From positions 2,337,267 to 2,401,266 of the forward strand of contig OZ253478.1 in the NCBI GenBank assembly GCA_965261835.1: DNA of 64,000 bases. The letters are read 5' to 3'. Source of the DNA: Dehalococcoidia bacterium (lineage in GTDB: Bacteria > Chloroflexota > Dehalococcoidia > SHYD01). Within the stretch, counting starts at the first letter, position 1. Every line of letters begins with the position of its first letter. Positions 20,969 through 29,430 of this stretch are shown in pieces. The notes beneath the pieces were generated by a model. It was not told the origin of the DNA. It searched no databases and was given only the letters and a program-made list of their open reading frames with translations. The translations under genes and the position numbers were made by a program.

Positions 20969-22501
20969 CTAGGAATCTTGTGTCTTGGGGAGCGCGTCCA
21001 CTGCTTGCATCTCGGCAAGTGCTACTAACCCTTGTTCCGCGCCGGCAATCCGGGCGGCCGTCTCCACGCGCCATGTCTCAGCGCTGGCAGTGGCAGCCCG
21101 CACTTCTTCGAGCATACGGGCGGTGGATGCAGGGGAGGCGCCGCCGACGCCCTGCCGTGCAGCCACCAGGGGGAACGGTGTCATCTCATCTTGCAAAAGC
21201 GATGGGCGTATCTTTAATGGCTGGCCCATCACCTCCTGCGCCCCCAGGTCAATTATCGCCGGTGTCATCGTAGGCGCTCCCTGTTCATGGGCCAAGCGAA
21301 CGGCGGCCCCCACAAGACGGTGCGCGGTACGGAAATCCAATCCGTGCTCCTGCACCAACACCTCTGCCAGGTCTGTGCCGTAGGTGTACCCTTCAGTCGC
21401 CCGCTGCGCCATCGCCACCGTGTTAACCGTGATGCTGGCAACCACTCCGGCCATTAACCGCACTGCCTCCAGCGCAAGGTCAAGGGTTGCGGGCACTTCT
21501 CCATACGCGAAGATTCGGTTGTCCACCTGGCCGGAAGGCGTTCTGCCTGTGACAGCCATAGCAGTCAGCTTACCCATGACCTGGCCTGACACGCCCCGGA
21601 TATACGCCAGTGCATAGGGGTTCTTCTTCTGCGGCATGATAATGCTGGTGCGCGCGTGCTCGTCTGCGAGTTCAATAAGACCGAACTCCTCTGTGCACCA
21701 GAGCTGGAGGTCTTCCGCCAGCCGGTCAACTTGCACCGTGAGCGCCACTACCGCCGCCGCTACCTCAATGGGCCCATCCGCCTGCCACATTGCGTCCCGC
21801 GGATGAGGCAGCACGTCGTCAAAGCCCAGCAGTTGGGCCAAGCGTTGCCGATCGAGCGGCAGCCGCGAGCCGTTTGTGCTACCGCCACCCGCCGGACTGC
21901 GGTTTACCCGTTGGAGCGCGGCCTGCAAGCGCTCCAAGTCCCGCAAGGCAGGATAGGCGAATCCCAGCAGGTAATGTGCCAGCGTGGTGGGGTGCGCGTG
22001 CTGCAAGTACGTGTAGTCCGGCATAACCGTCTGGAGATGGGCTTCTGCCTGATCGCATAGTGCGTTAAGGTATGCCGAGAGCGCCTCGGCGAGGTGCAGC
22101 AATCGCTTCCGGACCGCCAGGTGGTATGCCACCGTAGTCGCCTCCCGGCGAGCCCGTCCGGTAGAGAACCAACCGGCAGCGTCAGCATCTTGCTCCACCA
22201 GCCAGTGCTCCCGGTTGGTATACACGTCGCCCCGCTCAGGCGTGAGCGCAATGTGGTCGTATGAGAAGGCCTGCAGCTGCAAGAGCAGCGCTAGCAGCCG
22301 CCGGCCAGGCTCGGAAGGGACGATCCCGGTCTCGACCAGCATGAGCACGTGGGCTAAGTCGGACAACCCCATGCCCTCCCAAAGGTAGGGCGCAAGGCCT
22401 ACTTCCCAGCGGTACGCCGAAGCTACTAACTCGGGCGCGGGCGGCTGTTTTAGCCGCCCGGAGCTAGTCGTCCCCTTCCCAGGGGATGCCGTCTTCGACA
22501 T
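20969..22501 (-). CDS. aspartase/fumarase superfamily lyase, argininosuccinate-lyase-like
   Basis: Signature loop IMPQKKNPYALAYIRG (ArgH-type SxxMPQKKNP); ATG at 22501, or TTG at 22519; overlaps the upstream gene's 3' end. Confidence 0.75.
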   Translation of the reverse strand: MSKTASPGKGTTSSGRLKQPPAPELVASAYRWEVGLAPYLWEGMGLSDLAHVLMLVETGIVPSEPGRRLLALLLQLQAFSYDHIALTPERGDVYTNREHWLVEQDADAAGWFSTGRARREATTVAYHLAVRKRLLHLAEALSAYLNALCDQAEAHLQTVMPDYTYLQHAHPTTLAHYLLGFAYPALRDLERLQAALQRVNRSPAGGGSTNGSRLPLDRQRLAQLLGFDDVLPHPRDAMWQADGPIEVAAAVVALTVQVDRLAEDLQLWCTEEFGLIELADEHARTSIIMPQKKNPYALAYIRGVSGQVMGKLTAMAVTGRTPSGQVDNRIFAYGEVPATLDLALEAVRLMAGVVASITVNTVAMAQRATEGYTYGTDLAEVLVQEHGLDFRTAHRLVGAAVRLAHEQGAPTMTPAIIDLGAQEVMGQPLKIRPSLLQDEMTPFPLVAARQGVGGASPASTARMLEEVRAATASAETWRVETAARIAGAEQGLVALAEMQAVDALPKTQDS

Positions 22502-23288
22502 AGCGGCGCAGCGTCTCAAACCGAAGGCCGCAACGCAGCGCCTCTAGCACCAACACGTCCGAGGGACGGATGTTGGCCAGGTTTACGTTCGGCCCGAACC
22601 GTTGCACAAAATAGTCCTGCTGTTGCTTTAGCGGGGCTTCCCACATGATGTCGTCAACGCCATCGAGTCCAGCCAGGATTGCGTCCAACTTCTCCTCAAT
22701 CACATAGCCGCGCTCATCATAGATACCAACGCCTGTCCCGGACTGACGCGCTTCCATCGTCACTTTGCTGGCCCCGTTCTTCAGATCAAGCTGGATCTGT
22801 TCTAGCATAGCCTCCGACGAGGGCTGCTTAGTCGGATCCTTTTTGCCCACTTCGGAGAACACCTTGAGGCCTAGTTCTATAGAGCGACAAATGGCGTCCG
22901 CCCGCACTGACCCAGGCAAATCAATGGTTCCGTCTGAGACCTCAACCGCGGTGAATCCAAGATCACGCGTCCGCTGGAGGTACTGCGGGTAAACTCCCTT
23001 GAACACTGCGGCTTCAAACAAGGTGCCACCGGGGTACACATCGACACCTTGCGCCGTCATTGTCGCGATCTTTCGCTCTAGCAGCGTCCGCTCAAGAAAG
23101 ACCGATGTGCCGAAAGTGAGCTTCACTTGGTCGATGTAGTCGCCGGAAAGCTCCATAAGATCGTCAATGGCGGCCAGGCCCTGGCAGTGATCCAGCACCA
23201 TCGTGAGGCCGTTGTCACGCGGCTTGACTGCCCGTCCTTCAACAAGGTCTGGGAGAACCCCGTCCCATGGCCGATTGGCGGTCATCAT
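22464..23288 (-). CDS. comA: (2R)-phospho-3-sulfolactate synthase (ComA)-like protein
   Basis: 274 aa; TIM-barrel ComA-family regions (LTMVLDHCQGL...LSGDYIDQVKLTFGTS) resemble archaeal ComA and B. subtilis YitD; start overlaps stop of upstream gene. Confidence 0.7.
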   Translation of the reverse strand: MMTANRPWDGVLPDLVEGRAVKPRDNGLTMVLDHCQGLAAIDDLMELSGDYIDQVKLTFGTSVFLERTLLERKIATMTAQGVDVYPGGTLFEAAVFKGVYPQYLQRTRDLGFTAVEVSDGTIDLPGSVRADAICRSIELGLKVFSEVGKKDPTKQPSSEAMLEQIQLDLKNGASKVTMEARQSGTGVGIYDERGYVIEEKLDAILAGLDGVDDIMWEAPLKQQQDYFVQRFGPNVNLANIRPSDVLVLEALRCGLRFETLRRYVEDGIPWEGDD

Positions 23289-24172
23289 GTGCTGGTCTCG
23301 GAGGGAGTATCGGTGAAGCGTGCGGTGAAGTCCTCCAGCGCCGCTTCTATCTGGCGCAAAGTCGAGCCCCAGGGAACGGTGAGCCGGTTGCCCTCCACCT
23401 CACAGTTGAACTCGTACAGGCAGCACTTGAGCACCGTGGGCACGCCGTCCTGCGGAGCCAGGTCCCGGGGGCAGATATTTACCCACTCCGGCTCCTTGCC
23501 GTAGAAATGTTGGTATATCTCCAGCGAACGCTTGCATCCGAGGAGCAAGGCATCACCTGGGTCTTCGGGGCGCTGGTCCAGGGATAGCGCCGGCGCCTCT
23601 ATTTGAAAGCCGTCAACCTTGCAGGGCGTGATAATGCCAGACACCTGTCGCCCTTCCAGCAAGGAGTGCAGGTCGAGATTCTCCTCCCGCGCTTCTATGG
23701 CGGGCAAATCCGCATAGTCAATGACCTGCTGCACCAGAAGCGCCAGTTTGGCCGGAGACGGCGGCACCACGTCGAACACACGGAGCGGCATGGCCTTGGC
23801 CTCTAGGGTAAAGTTCACATGTTCGAAGCGGCCTTTGACCACCGCGGCCTTTTTGCCGCCATTGCGCGCGGCACGCGCCAGGTGGGTGGCGTTCATGACG
23901 TCAACGTCCGGATCCTCCACCCAGGCGGTATCCTCGGGCATCGCCAGAATTTCCACCGCAGTAATAGGACTGAATAGCGCATCCGGCTCTGCCCGCTTCA
24001 CCGCGGTTATGGCTACATCCGGCCCATTGTGGAGCGCCACGAAGTCGGTGCGCCGGTACCCCTCCTTACCGATCAGGTAGCGCGCAATGGTATCCCGCTC
24101 CAGCGGTATCGTCACATCCTGAACACTCACCTCACGGCACGTGCAGGCTGGTAGCTCTGGCGTTGCCTTCAT
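23285..24172 (-). CDS. hypothetical protein, first gene of the ComA/lyase operon
   Basis: 295-aa ORF with translational coupling (ATGA overlap) to the ComA-like gene; no motif I can name. Confidence 0.5.
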   Translation of the reverse strand: MKATPELPACTCREVSVQDVTIPLERDTIARYLIGKEGYRRTDFVALHNGPDVAITAVKRAEPDALFSPITAVEILAMPEDTAWVEDPDVDVMNATHLARAARNGGKKAAVVKGRFEHVNFTLEAKAMPLRVFDVVPPSPAKLALLVQQVIDYADLPAIEAREENLDLHSLLEGRQVSGIITPCKVDGFQIEAPALSLDQRPEDPGDALLLGCKRSLEIYQHFYGKEPEWVNICPRDLAPQDGVPTVLKCCLYEFNCEVEGNRLTVPWGSTLRQIEAALEDFTARFTDTPSETST

Positions 24173-24182
24173 ACCACACTCC

Positions 24183-24425
24183 TTATGGCTCTGACGGCCG
24201 TTTCCCTACAAAGATATACACCAGCCAGCCGATCATGAGCACGGCAAAGACTGGGAGTGTCCAATGGTAGCTCGAATCCGGCCAGAACACGATAAGGTAC
24301 AGTATCGCGGCCACCCACACGCCATAGTTGAACCACCGCATGAACGCCGGTGGCGCTCCCCGGCCAACGCGCACTTCGCCGCCTATTGGTTCATCGGAGC
24401 TGAGTGGCGCAGTCTCTCCGCTCAT
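24183..24425 (-). CDS. small two-helix membrane protein (possibly oxidase-associated CcoQ/FixQ-like)
   Basis: 80 aa; two hydrophobic helices; lies between the oxidase genes and the ComA operon on the same strand. Confidence 0.35.
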   Translation of the reverse strand: MSGETAPLSSDEPIGGEVRVGRGAPPAFMRWFNYGVWVAAILYLIVFWPDSSYHWTLPVFAVLMIGWLVYIFVGKRPSEP

Positions 24426-24623
24426 CTCTGTCAGGCTTCCTTAACCGTCACTATCATCAAAAACACGGTACTTAACCGCCTCGCCACTACTGCGAAACAA
24501 ACCGCTGCGCAACGCCCATAGCAGCAGCAGCCCCCACACCGCCACCGATAACGTGAAGGACGCAAATATGAGGACGTGGATTGGGTATAGCATGCAAATA
24601 GCGTACTGCTCTTCGTACTGCTC

Positions 24624-25109
24624 TTATTGTAGCGTAAGAAGGTAATCTGCCAAAGCCTCCAGCTCCACATCCGGGAGGTGACGGTAAAACGGCATGAGTG
24701 TACCCGGATTGAAGAGCTGTGGGTTTTTCAAATGCTGGATGTGCCACTCCCGGCTATTGCCCGGCGCACGGCTTGCCACATGAGAGAGGTCCGGCCCTTG
24801 GCGGCTGGTGCCCCACAGCACGGGTTGCTGATAGGCGTAATCCCCCGGCAGAGATTCCGGCCCGATGTCACCCTTAGTGCGCACCGTACCCGTATCAACC
24901 TCCACAGCACGCACTTGCTGGGTGTGACAATACACGCAGCCCTCACGGATGTAGATCGCCCGCCCTCTCAGCTCCTGAGCCGTGTACTGCACGGCCAGTG
25001 CCGTGGGTGGCGGCGACTCCACTACCGGCAGAACCACGGTGACCAACAAGCCCGCCACCAGAAAGACGAGCGACCCGATGAGCAGGTACGCAATGCTGGG
25101 TTGTCGCAT
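24624..25109 (-). CDS. ccoO: membrane-anchored mono-haem cytochrome c subunit (CcoO / FixO-like) of a C-family haem-copper oxidase
   Basis: N-terminal TM helix, single CVYCH haem-binding motif; immediately downstream of the catalytic subunit gene (8-bp gap). Confidence 0.7.
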   Translation of the reverse strand: MRQPSIAYLLIGSLVFLVAGLLVTVVLPVVESPPPTALAVQYTAQELRGRAIYIREGCVYCHTQQVRAVEVDTGTVRTKGDIGPESLPGDYAYQQPVLWGTSRQGPDLSHVASRAPGNSREWHIQHLKNPQLFNPGTLMPFYRHLPDVELEALADYLLTLQ

Positions 25110-25116
25110 ACTACGC

Positions 25117-26574
25117 CTACGCCTCTGCTACCCCAACCTGGGCAGGATGTCCCCTCTGGCGCACGGTGTTGATCAGGTTGTAAGCGAAGACAAACTGGCC
25201 TAGCACCATGGCAGCGCCCGCAAGCAATCGAATAAAGAAGAATGGTTGCAGAGAACGCACCGTCTCGATAAACGGAATACCACCCGTACTCCAGTTCTGG
25301 CCTTGTATAAGTCCCGCAATCCATAAACTGGTCATGAACACCACTAAACCAACCAGCGTCAGCCAGTAGTGCCACTCTAACAGCTTCTGGCTGGCAAAGG
25401 GCCGATCCAGCATGCGCGAGAGCAACGCATAGACTAACGCAATGCAGAGAAAAGTGTACGCTCCAAACAGCGCCAGGTGAGAGTGGCCAATGACCCAATT
25501 AGTGAAATGGACGTAGGCATTAAAGCCGCGAAACGACTGGGCGATCCCTTGGACACAGGTGAGAAAGTAAAAAATGCAGCCGGTAGCCACGAAACGCAAT
25601 GCCACGTCCGTCGCCATCTTGTGCCACGCGCCTTCCATGGTTTTCACAAAGTTCACCAGGAACGCCGCGTTGCCAATCCCTGCCAGTATGCTGAACGACA
25701 CGGACAGTAGCTCCAACCACTCTGGGCCGGGTCCATACAACAGGTGGTGCTGGCCCGTCCAAACGCTGGAAAAGCCCCATAGCGCCAGCCGGTGGCTGAA
25801 TAATGGGTTACCGGTTAAACGCGGCAGCAAGTAGAAGAACAGTCCCAACGCACCCGTGGTGAACCAGATATTGAAAATATTGTGCACGTAGAAGAAGTTC
25901 ATGATGGCGTCACCCGTGCCCAAATAGGCGCCACTCGGGTCCCAAATCTTGTTCCCTAACGCGTACACCACCGGGCCAATAGCCGTGGCAGCCATTGCGC
26001 TCCAGACCGTGATGTACATCCGCGGCTCTTTCCGGCGCCAAACCGTTTGCCAGATGTTGACCGCCACCAACACAAAGCACAGCATCAGCAGTAGGTCTAG
26101 GGGCCAAACCGCCTCGGCGTACTCCCGCCCCTGGGTGAAGCCCAACGGTAGAGTCAGCGCCACGCCCAGCACAAAAGCATTCCAGAGCACCAGGGTGACT
26201 CGAGCCAGCCACTCGGAATAGAGCGCCGTGCCGGTAAGCCGTGGGACAAGGTAGAGCAACGCGCCCACGTAGACCATGGACAGCCATCCAAACATCGCCA
26301 CGTTGACGTGCATCGGGCGCAGGCGGCCGAAGATTACCGCTGGGCGGAGTGCCTCAGGGACCCATTCCTGGGTGCGGGCATCGAGGAGGAAAAACGACAT
26401 CACCAGGCCCACGAGCACCGGGAGCATGAGCCAGAAGGCGCCCGAATAGAGGAACCACCGAGCCGCCAAATCATGCCGCTCGGCACGCCTATCAGAAGAT
26501 AGGGGTGATGTTATGACGTGGGGCAGGGTCACAACGGCGCCATTCTCCCGCTTTCCAGGTTCATGTACCCGCAA
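25117..26574 (-). CDS. ccoN: haem-copper oxidase catalytic subunit I, cbb3-type (CcoN-like) or related NO-reductase family
   Basis: 12-TM protein with conserved His ligands (MHVNVAMFGWLS; WTGQHHLLYGPG; IGHSHLALFGA); subunit order N-O as in cbb3 oxidases. Confidence 0.75.
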   Translation of the reverse strand: MRVHEPGKRENGAVVTLPHVITSPLSSDRRAERHDLAARWFLYSGAFWLMLPVLVGLVMSFFLLDARTQEWVPEALRPAVIFGRLRPMHVNVAMFGWLSMVYVGALLYLVPRLTGTALYSEWLARVTLVLWNAFVLGVALTLPLGFTQGREYAEAVWPLDLLLMLCFVLVAVNIWQTVWRRKEPRMYITVWSAMAATAIGPVVYALGNKIWDPSGAYLGTGDAIMNFFYVHNIFNIWFTTGALGLFFYLLPRLTGNPLFSHRLALWGFSSVWTGQHHLLYGPGPEWLELLSVSFSILAGIGNAAFLVNFVKTMEGAWHKMATDVALRFVATGCIFYFLTCVQGIAQSFRGFNAYVHFTNWVIGHSHLALFGAYTFLCIALVYALLSRMLDRPFASQKLLEWHYWLTLVGLVVFMTSLWIAGLIQGQNWSTGGIPFIETVRSLQPFFFIRLLAGAAMVLGQFVFAYNLINTVRQRGHPAQVGVAEA

Positions 26575-26880
26575 GGCACAGCGCTGACACGCTGCATTTT
26601 GTTATCTCTACACCGCTCAACAGGCCGTCCAAAGATGACGCGCCTGAGGCCTACGAACCATTGCTGTGAACGGTTGAAGGTTACTATGGGTAACAGGAAC
26701 GATAGTAGCCATGAGGTGTCCTGCTTGTAAAGCAGGAAGTAGCAATGGCGCCACGTTCTGCGGGGAACAACCAACCTGGAGGCAAGAAAAACACCGGGTG
26801 CGGCTGGCGCCCGCCGCGGCGGAAAGCGCACACACGAGACTTTCCCCCTTCAACCGCGCCTCCTTACGCTTCTCTATCTG

Positions 26881-26919
26881 TTGACCCCTTAGTCAGACAA
26901 CGCTATGCTAAAATAGCAT
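26881..26919. promoter_or_regulatory. candidate operator sequences in the divergent ccoN / metE-like intergenic region
   Basis: TTGAC-N6-GTCAG (26881-26896) followed by a perfect 15-bp palindrome ATGCTA-AAA-TAGCAT (26905-26919); TATAAT at 26944-26949. Confidence 0.3.
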
Positions 26920-27010
26920 GCAGCGCGCGGGATACAACCACACTATAATGCTGTTCGCGTGCCGGACAGAAACCTTTTTCGCATTCTTTATCCTAGGAAA
27001 GTAGGCAACT

Positions 27011-28186
27011 ATGTCTCTCAACAACCTCCCACTATTTCCAGTGACCGTTGTCGGAAGCTGGCCGCGGCCCTCATACCTGGTTGATGCGTTCCGTAAGCGT
27101 AAGGCGGGCCGTCTTAGCTTTAAGGATCTCAACGAGATGGCGGACCAGGCAGTGCTGGAAGCACTACGCTATCAGGATGAAGCGGGCGTCGACATCGTGA
27201 GCGACGGTGAGCAACGGCGGGACAACTTCTACTCCTTTGTCGTGGAGAAACTGGACGGCATTGAGCTCATGTCGCTGGCAGAGATCATGGACGTAGTGAG
27301 CGACAAGGCCTCCTTCGACCAGATCCTTCGCAGCATGGATGCTCCCGCGTTCGCCATTCATAACCCCACCGTAACGGGTCGCATCGAGCGACGGACGTCG
27401 CTGGCCTTGGACGAGTACGAGTTCCTACGGCAGCACACCGACAAGCCCATCAGAGTTGCCCTGCCCGGTCCGTACCTGTTGGCCCGCTCCATGTGGGTTG
27501 CCGGCATCACCGACAAAGCGTACCCATCCCAGGAAACCCTGGCCGATGATATCGTGCGCGTGCTACGGGAAGAGGTGTTGGAGTTAAAGGCTGCGGGGGT
27601 CGAGTTCATCCAGTTCGATGAGCCGGTCATCACCGACGTTGTCTTCCGCCCAGAACGCAAGGAGCGCACTTTCATGTGTGCGTCTATGGCCGCTACCACC
27701 GGTGACGCCGATGAAGAGCTCTACAAGGCGGCCTACTTGATGAACCAAGTTATGCGGGATATCGACGGGATCAAGACGGGCGTCCATGTCTGCCGGGGCA
27801 ACTGGAGCCGCCAAGAGGGCGCGCTGCTCGCCGGCACCTACGAACCACTGATGGGGTGCATGATGGACATGCCCGTCGATCAGCTGGTGTTGGAATATGC
27901 TACGCCGCGCGCCGGCGAGCTGGCTGTTTTCAGCAAGTACCCCAAGCAAAAAGAGATCGGCCTCGGCGTGATTAATCCCCGCACCGACGAGATAGAAGGG
28001 CCGCAGTCCGTGATTGACCGGACAGAGGAGGCCCTCAAGTACTTCGCGCCGAATCAGATCTACCTCAACCCCGACTGCGGCTTCGGCACCTTTGCCGAGC
28101 GGCCAATGAACCCCGCGGACATTGCTGCGCAGAAGGTGGCCGTCATCAGCCAGGCGGCACAGGAACTCCGGAAACGGCACGGGTAG
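27011..28186 (+). CDS. cobalamin-independent methionine synthase (MetE) C-terminal-domain-like protein
   Basis: 391 aa; UroD/MetE-like fold signatures (VVGSWPRP...VDIVSDGEQRRDNF...HVCRGNW). Confidence 0.8.
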   Translation: MSLNNLPLFPVTVVGSWPRPSYLVDAFRKRKAGRLSFKDLNEMADQAVLEALRYQDEAGVDIVSDGEQRRDNFYSFVVEKLDGIELMSLAEIMDVVSDKASFDQILRSMDAPAFAIHNPTVTGRIERRTSLALDEYEFLRQHTDKPIRVALPGPYLLARSMWVAGITDKAYPSQETLADDIVRVLREEVLELKAAGVEFIQFDEPVITDVVFRPERKERTFMCASMAATTGDADEELYKAAYLMNQVMRDIDGIKTGVHVCRGNWSRQEGALLAGTYEPLMGCMMDMPVDQLVLEYATPRAGELAVFSKYPKQKEIGLGVINPRTDEIEGPQSVIDRTEEALKYFAPNQIYLNPDCGFGTFAERPMNPADIAAQKVAVISQAAQELRKRHG

Positions 28187-28192
28187 GCAGCT

Positions 28193-28717
28193 ATGACCAA
28201 CAGCCAAGAGACGAACGGGATTGACACCAGCGCCCTGACCGAGGCGCTCGAAACGGTCAGGGAGGCCGGTGCCCGCAGCGGGCCAAAGGCCGCCCGGGTG
28301 CGGTGGGTGGGTGGACTCAAGCTGCGCTCTTACGTGCGCAACCACTCGTTCATGATCGATGAACCCACTCATCTCACCGGTGAGGATGAAGCGCCCAACG
28401 CGTTGGAATACGTGCTCGGTGCGCTGGGGGCATGCTACGCCACCGGCTTTGTGCTGAATGCTACGCTGCGAGGCATAGAGCTCTACAACCTAGAAGTCAC
28501 TATGGACTCCACCCAGGACAATGTCTTCACCTTCCTGCAGCTTGAAGAGGCGGGACACTCCGGCTTCGACAACATTACCGCCAAGCTTTACGTGCAGGCT
28601 GACGCAGATGAAGCAGTGCTCCGGGAAATTTGGGAGACTACCCTCCAAACTTCACCCGTGGGCAATTCTCTCACCCGCACCGTGGCCATCAAACCGGAAC
28701 TCTCGGTGTTGGGCTGA
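28193..28717 (+). CDS. OsmC/Ohr family peroxiredoxin-like protein
   Basis: 174 aa; conserved Cys pair regions (LGALGACYATG) typical of OsmC. Confidence 0.75.
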   Translation: MTNSQETNGIDTSALTEALETVREAGARSGPKAARVRWVGGLKLRSYVRNHSFMIDEPTHLTGEDEAPNALEYVLGALGACYATGFVLNATLRGIELYNLEVTMDSTQDNVFTFLQLEEAGHSGFDNITAKLYVQADADEAVLREIWETTLQTSPVGNSLTRTVAIKPELSVLG

Positions 28718-28798
28718 TACCAGATCTCCTGCTACCGTTTGCCCGGCCCAACGCCAAATGCTACAATGAAAAGCGCCCCCACTTGGGGGCGCTTCCGT

Positions 28799-28875
28799 GG
28801 TGGGCGTAGCCGAGCGGTTAAGGCGCCAGGTTGTGGCCCTGGAGACCGAGGGTTCGAATCCCTCCGTCCACCCCA
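28799..28875 (+). tRNA. tRNA-His (anticodon GTG) with encoded G-1 and CCA
   Basis: Manual fold: 8-bp acceptor stem including G-1:C73, anticodon loop TTGTGGC, T-loop GGTTCGAATCC, 3' CCA. Confidence 0.9.
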
Positions 28876-29202
28876 TATCCTCTTCATCCCTAGCACCGTC
28901 TTAGCACTGTAGTAGCCCGGGCCAGCGAATCTGCCGACGTGCGAGCGCGTGAGCAGCTCTCAAGGAGCAACCAGTGAAGGGTTTTATCTCGGTTTGTGTC
29001 AGCTTCGGCCTGATCTTTCTCTTCTTCATCCTCATCACCGTGTCCATGCGCAGCGCCCATCCCTAATACTCGGCGCAAACCCCGCACAGCCCACAGACCG
29101 CACAGCGCGCCGCACAGCGCCCTCACTATGAGTGAGGGCGCTACCCGCGCCCGGCTGACCGCACGCTGCATTACGTTACCCGATCGGCTAGAATGAGGCC
29201 GT

Positions 29203-29278
29203 GCGCCCGTAGCTCAACGGATAGAGCACCAGACTTCGGATCTGGGGGTTGGGGGTTCGAGTCCCTCCGGGCGTGCCA
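29203..29278 (+). tRNA. tRNA-Arg (anticodon TCG)
   Basis: Manual fold: acceptor GCGCCCG/CGGGCGT, D-arm GCTC..GAGC, anticodon loop CTTCGGA, T-arm GGGGGTTCGAGTCCCTC, CCA encoded. Confidence 0.85.
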
Positions 29279-29430
29279 GCGCTTACATCGAGTAGACATG
29301 GAGGTGAGAGACACGCTCACCCGCCCGGCAGAGAGGCTAACCCCTTCTGCGCATCCCTTATTCGCAGCATAGCCACGGCGCAGCGCACTATCGGCACGGA
29401 ACAGATCGAAACCGTAGTCTGGAGGTCAAC

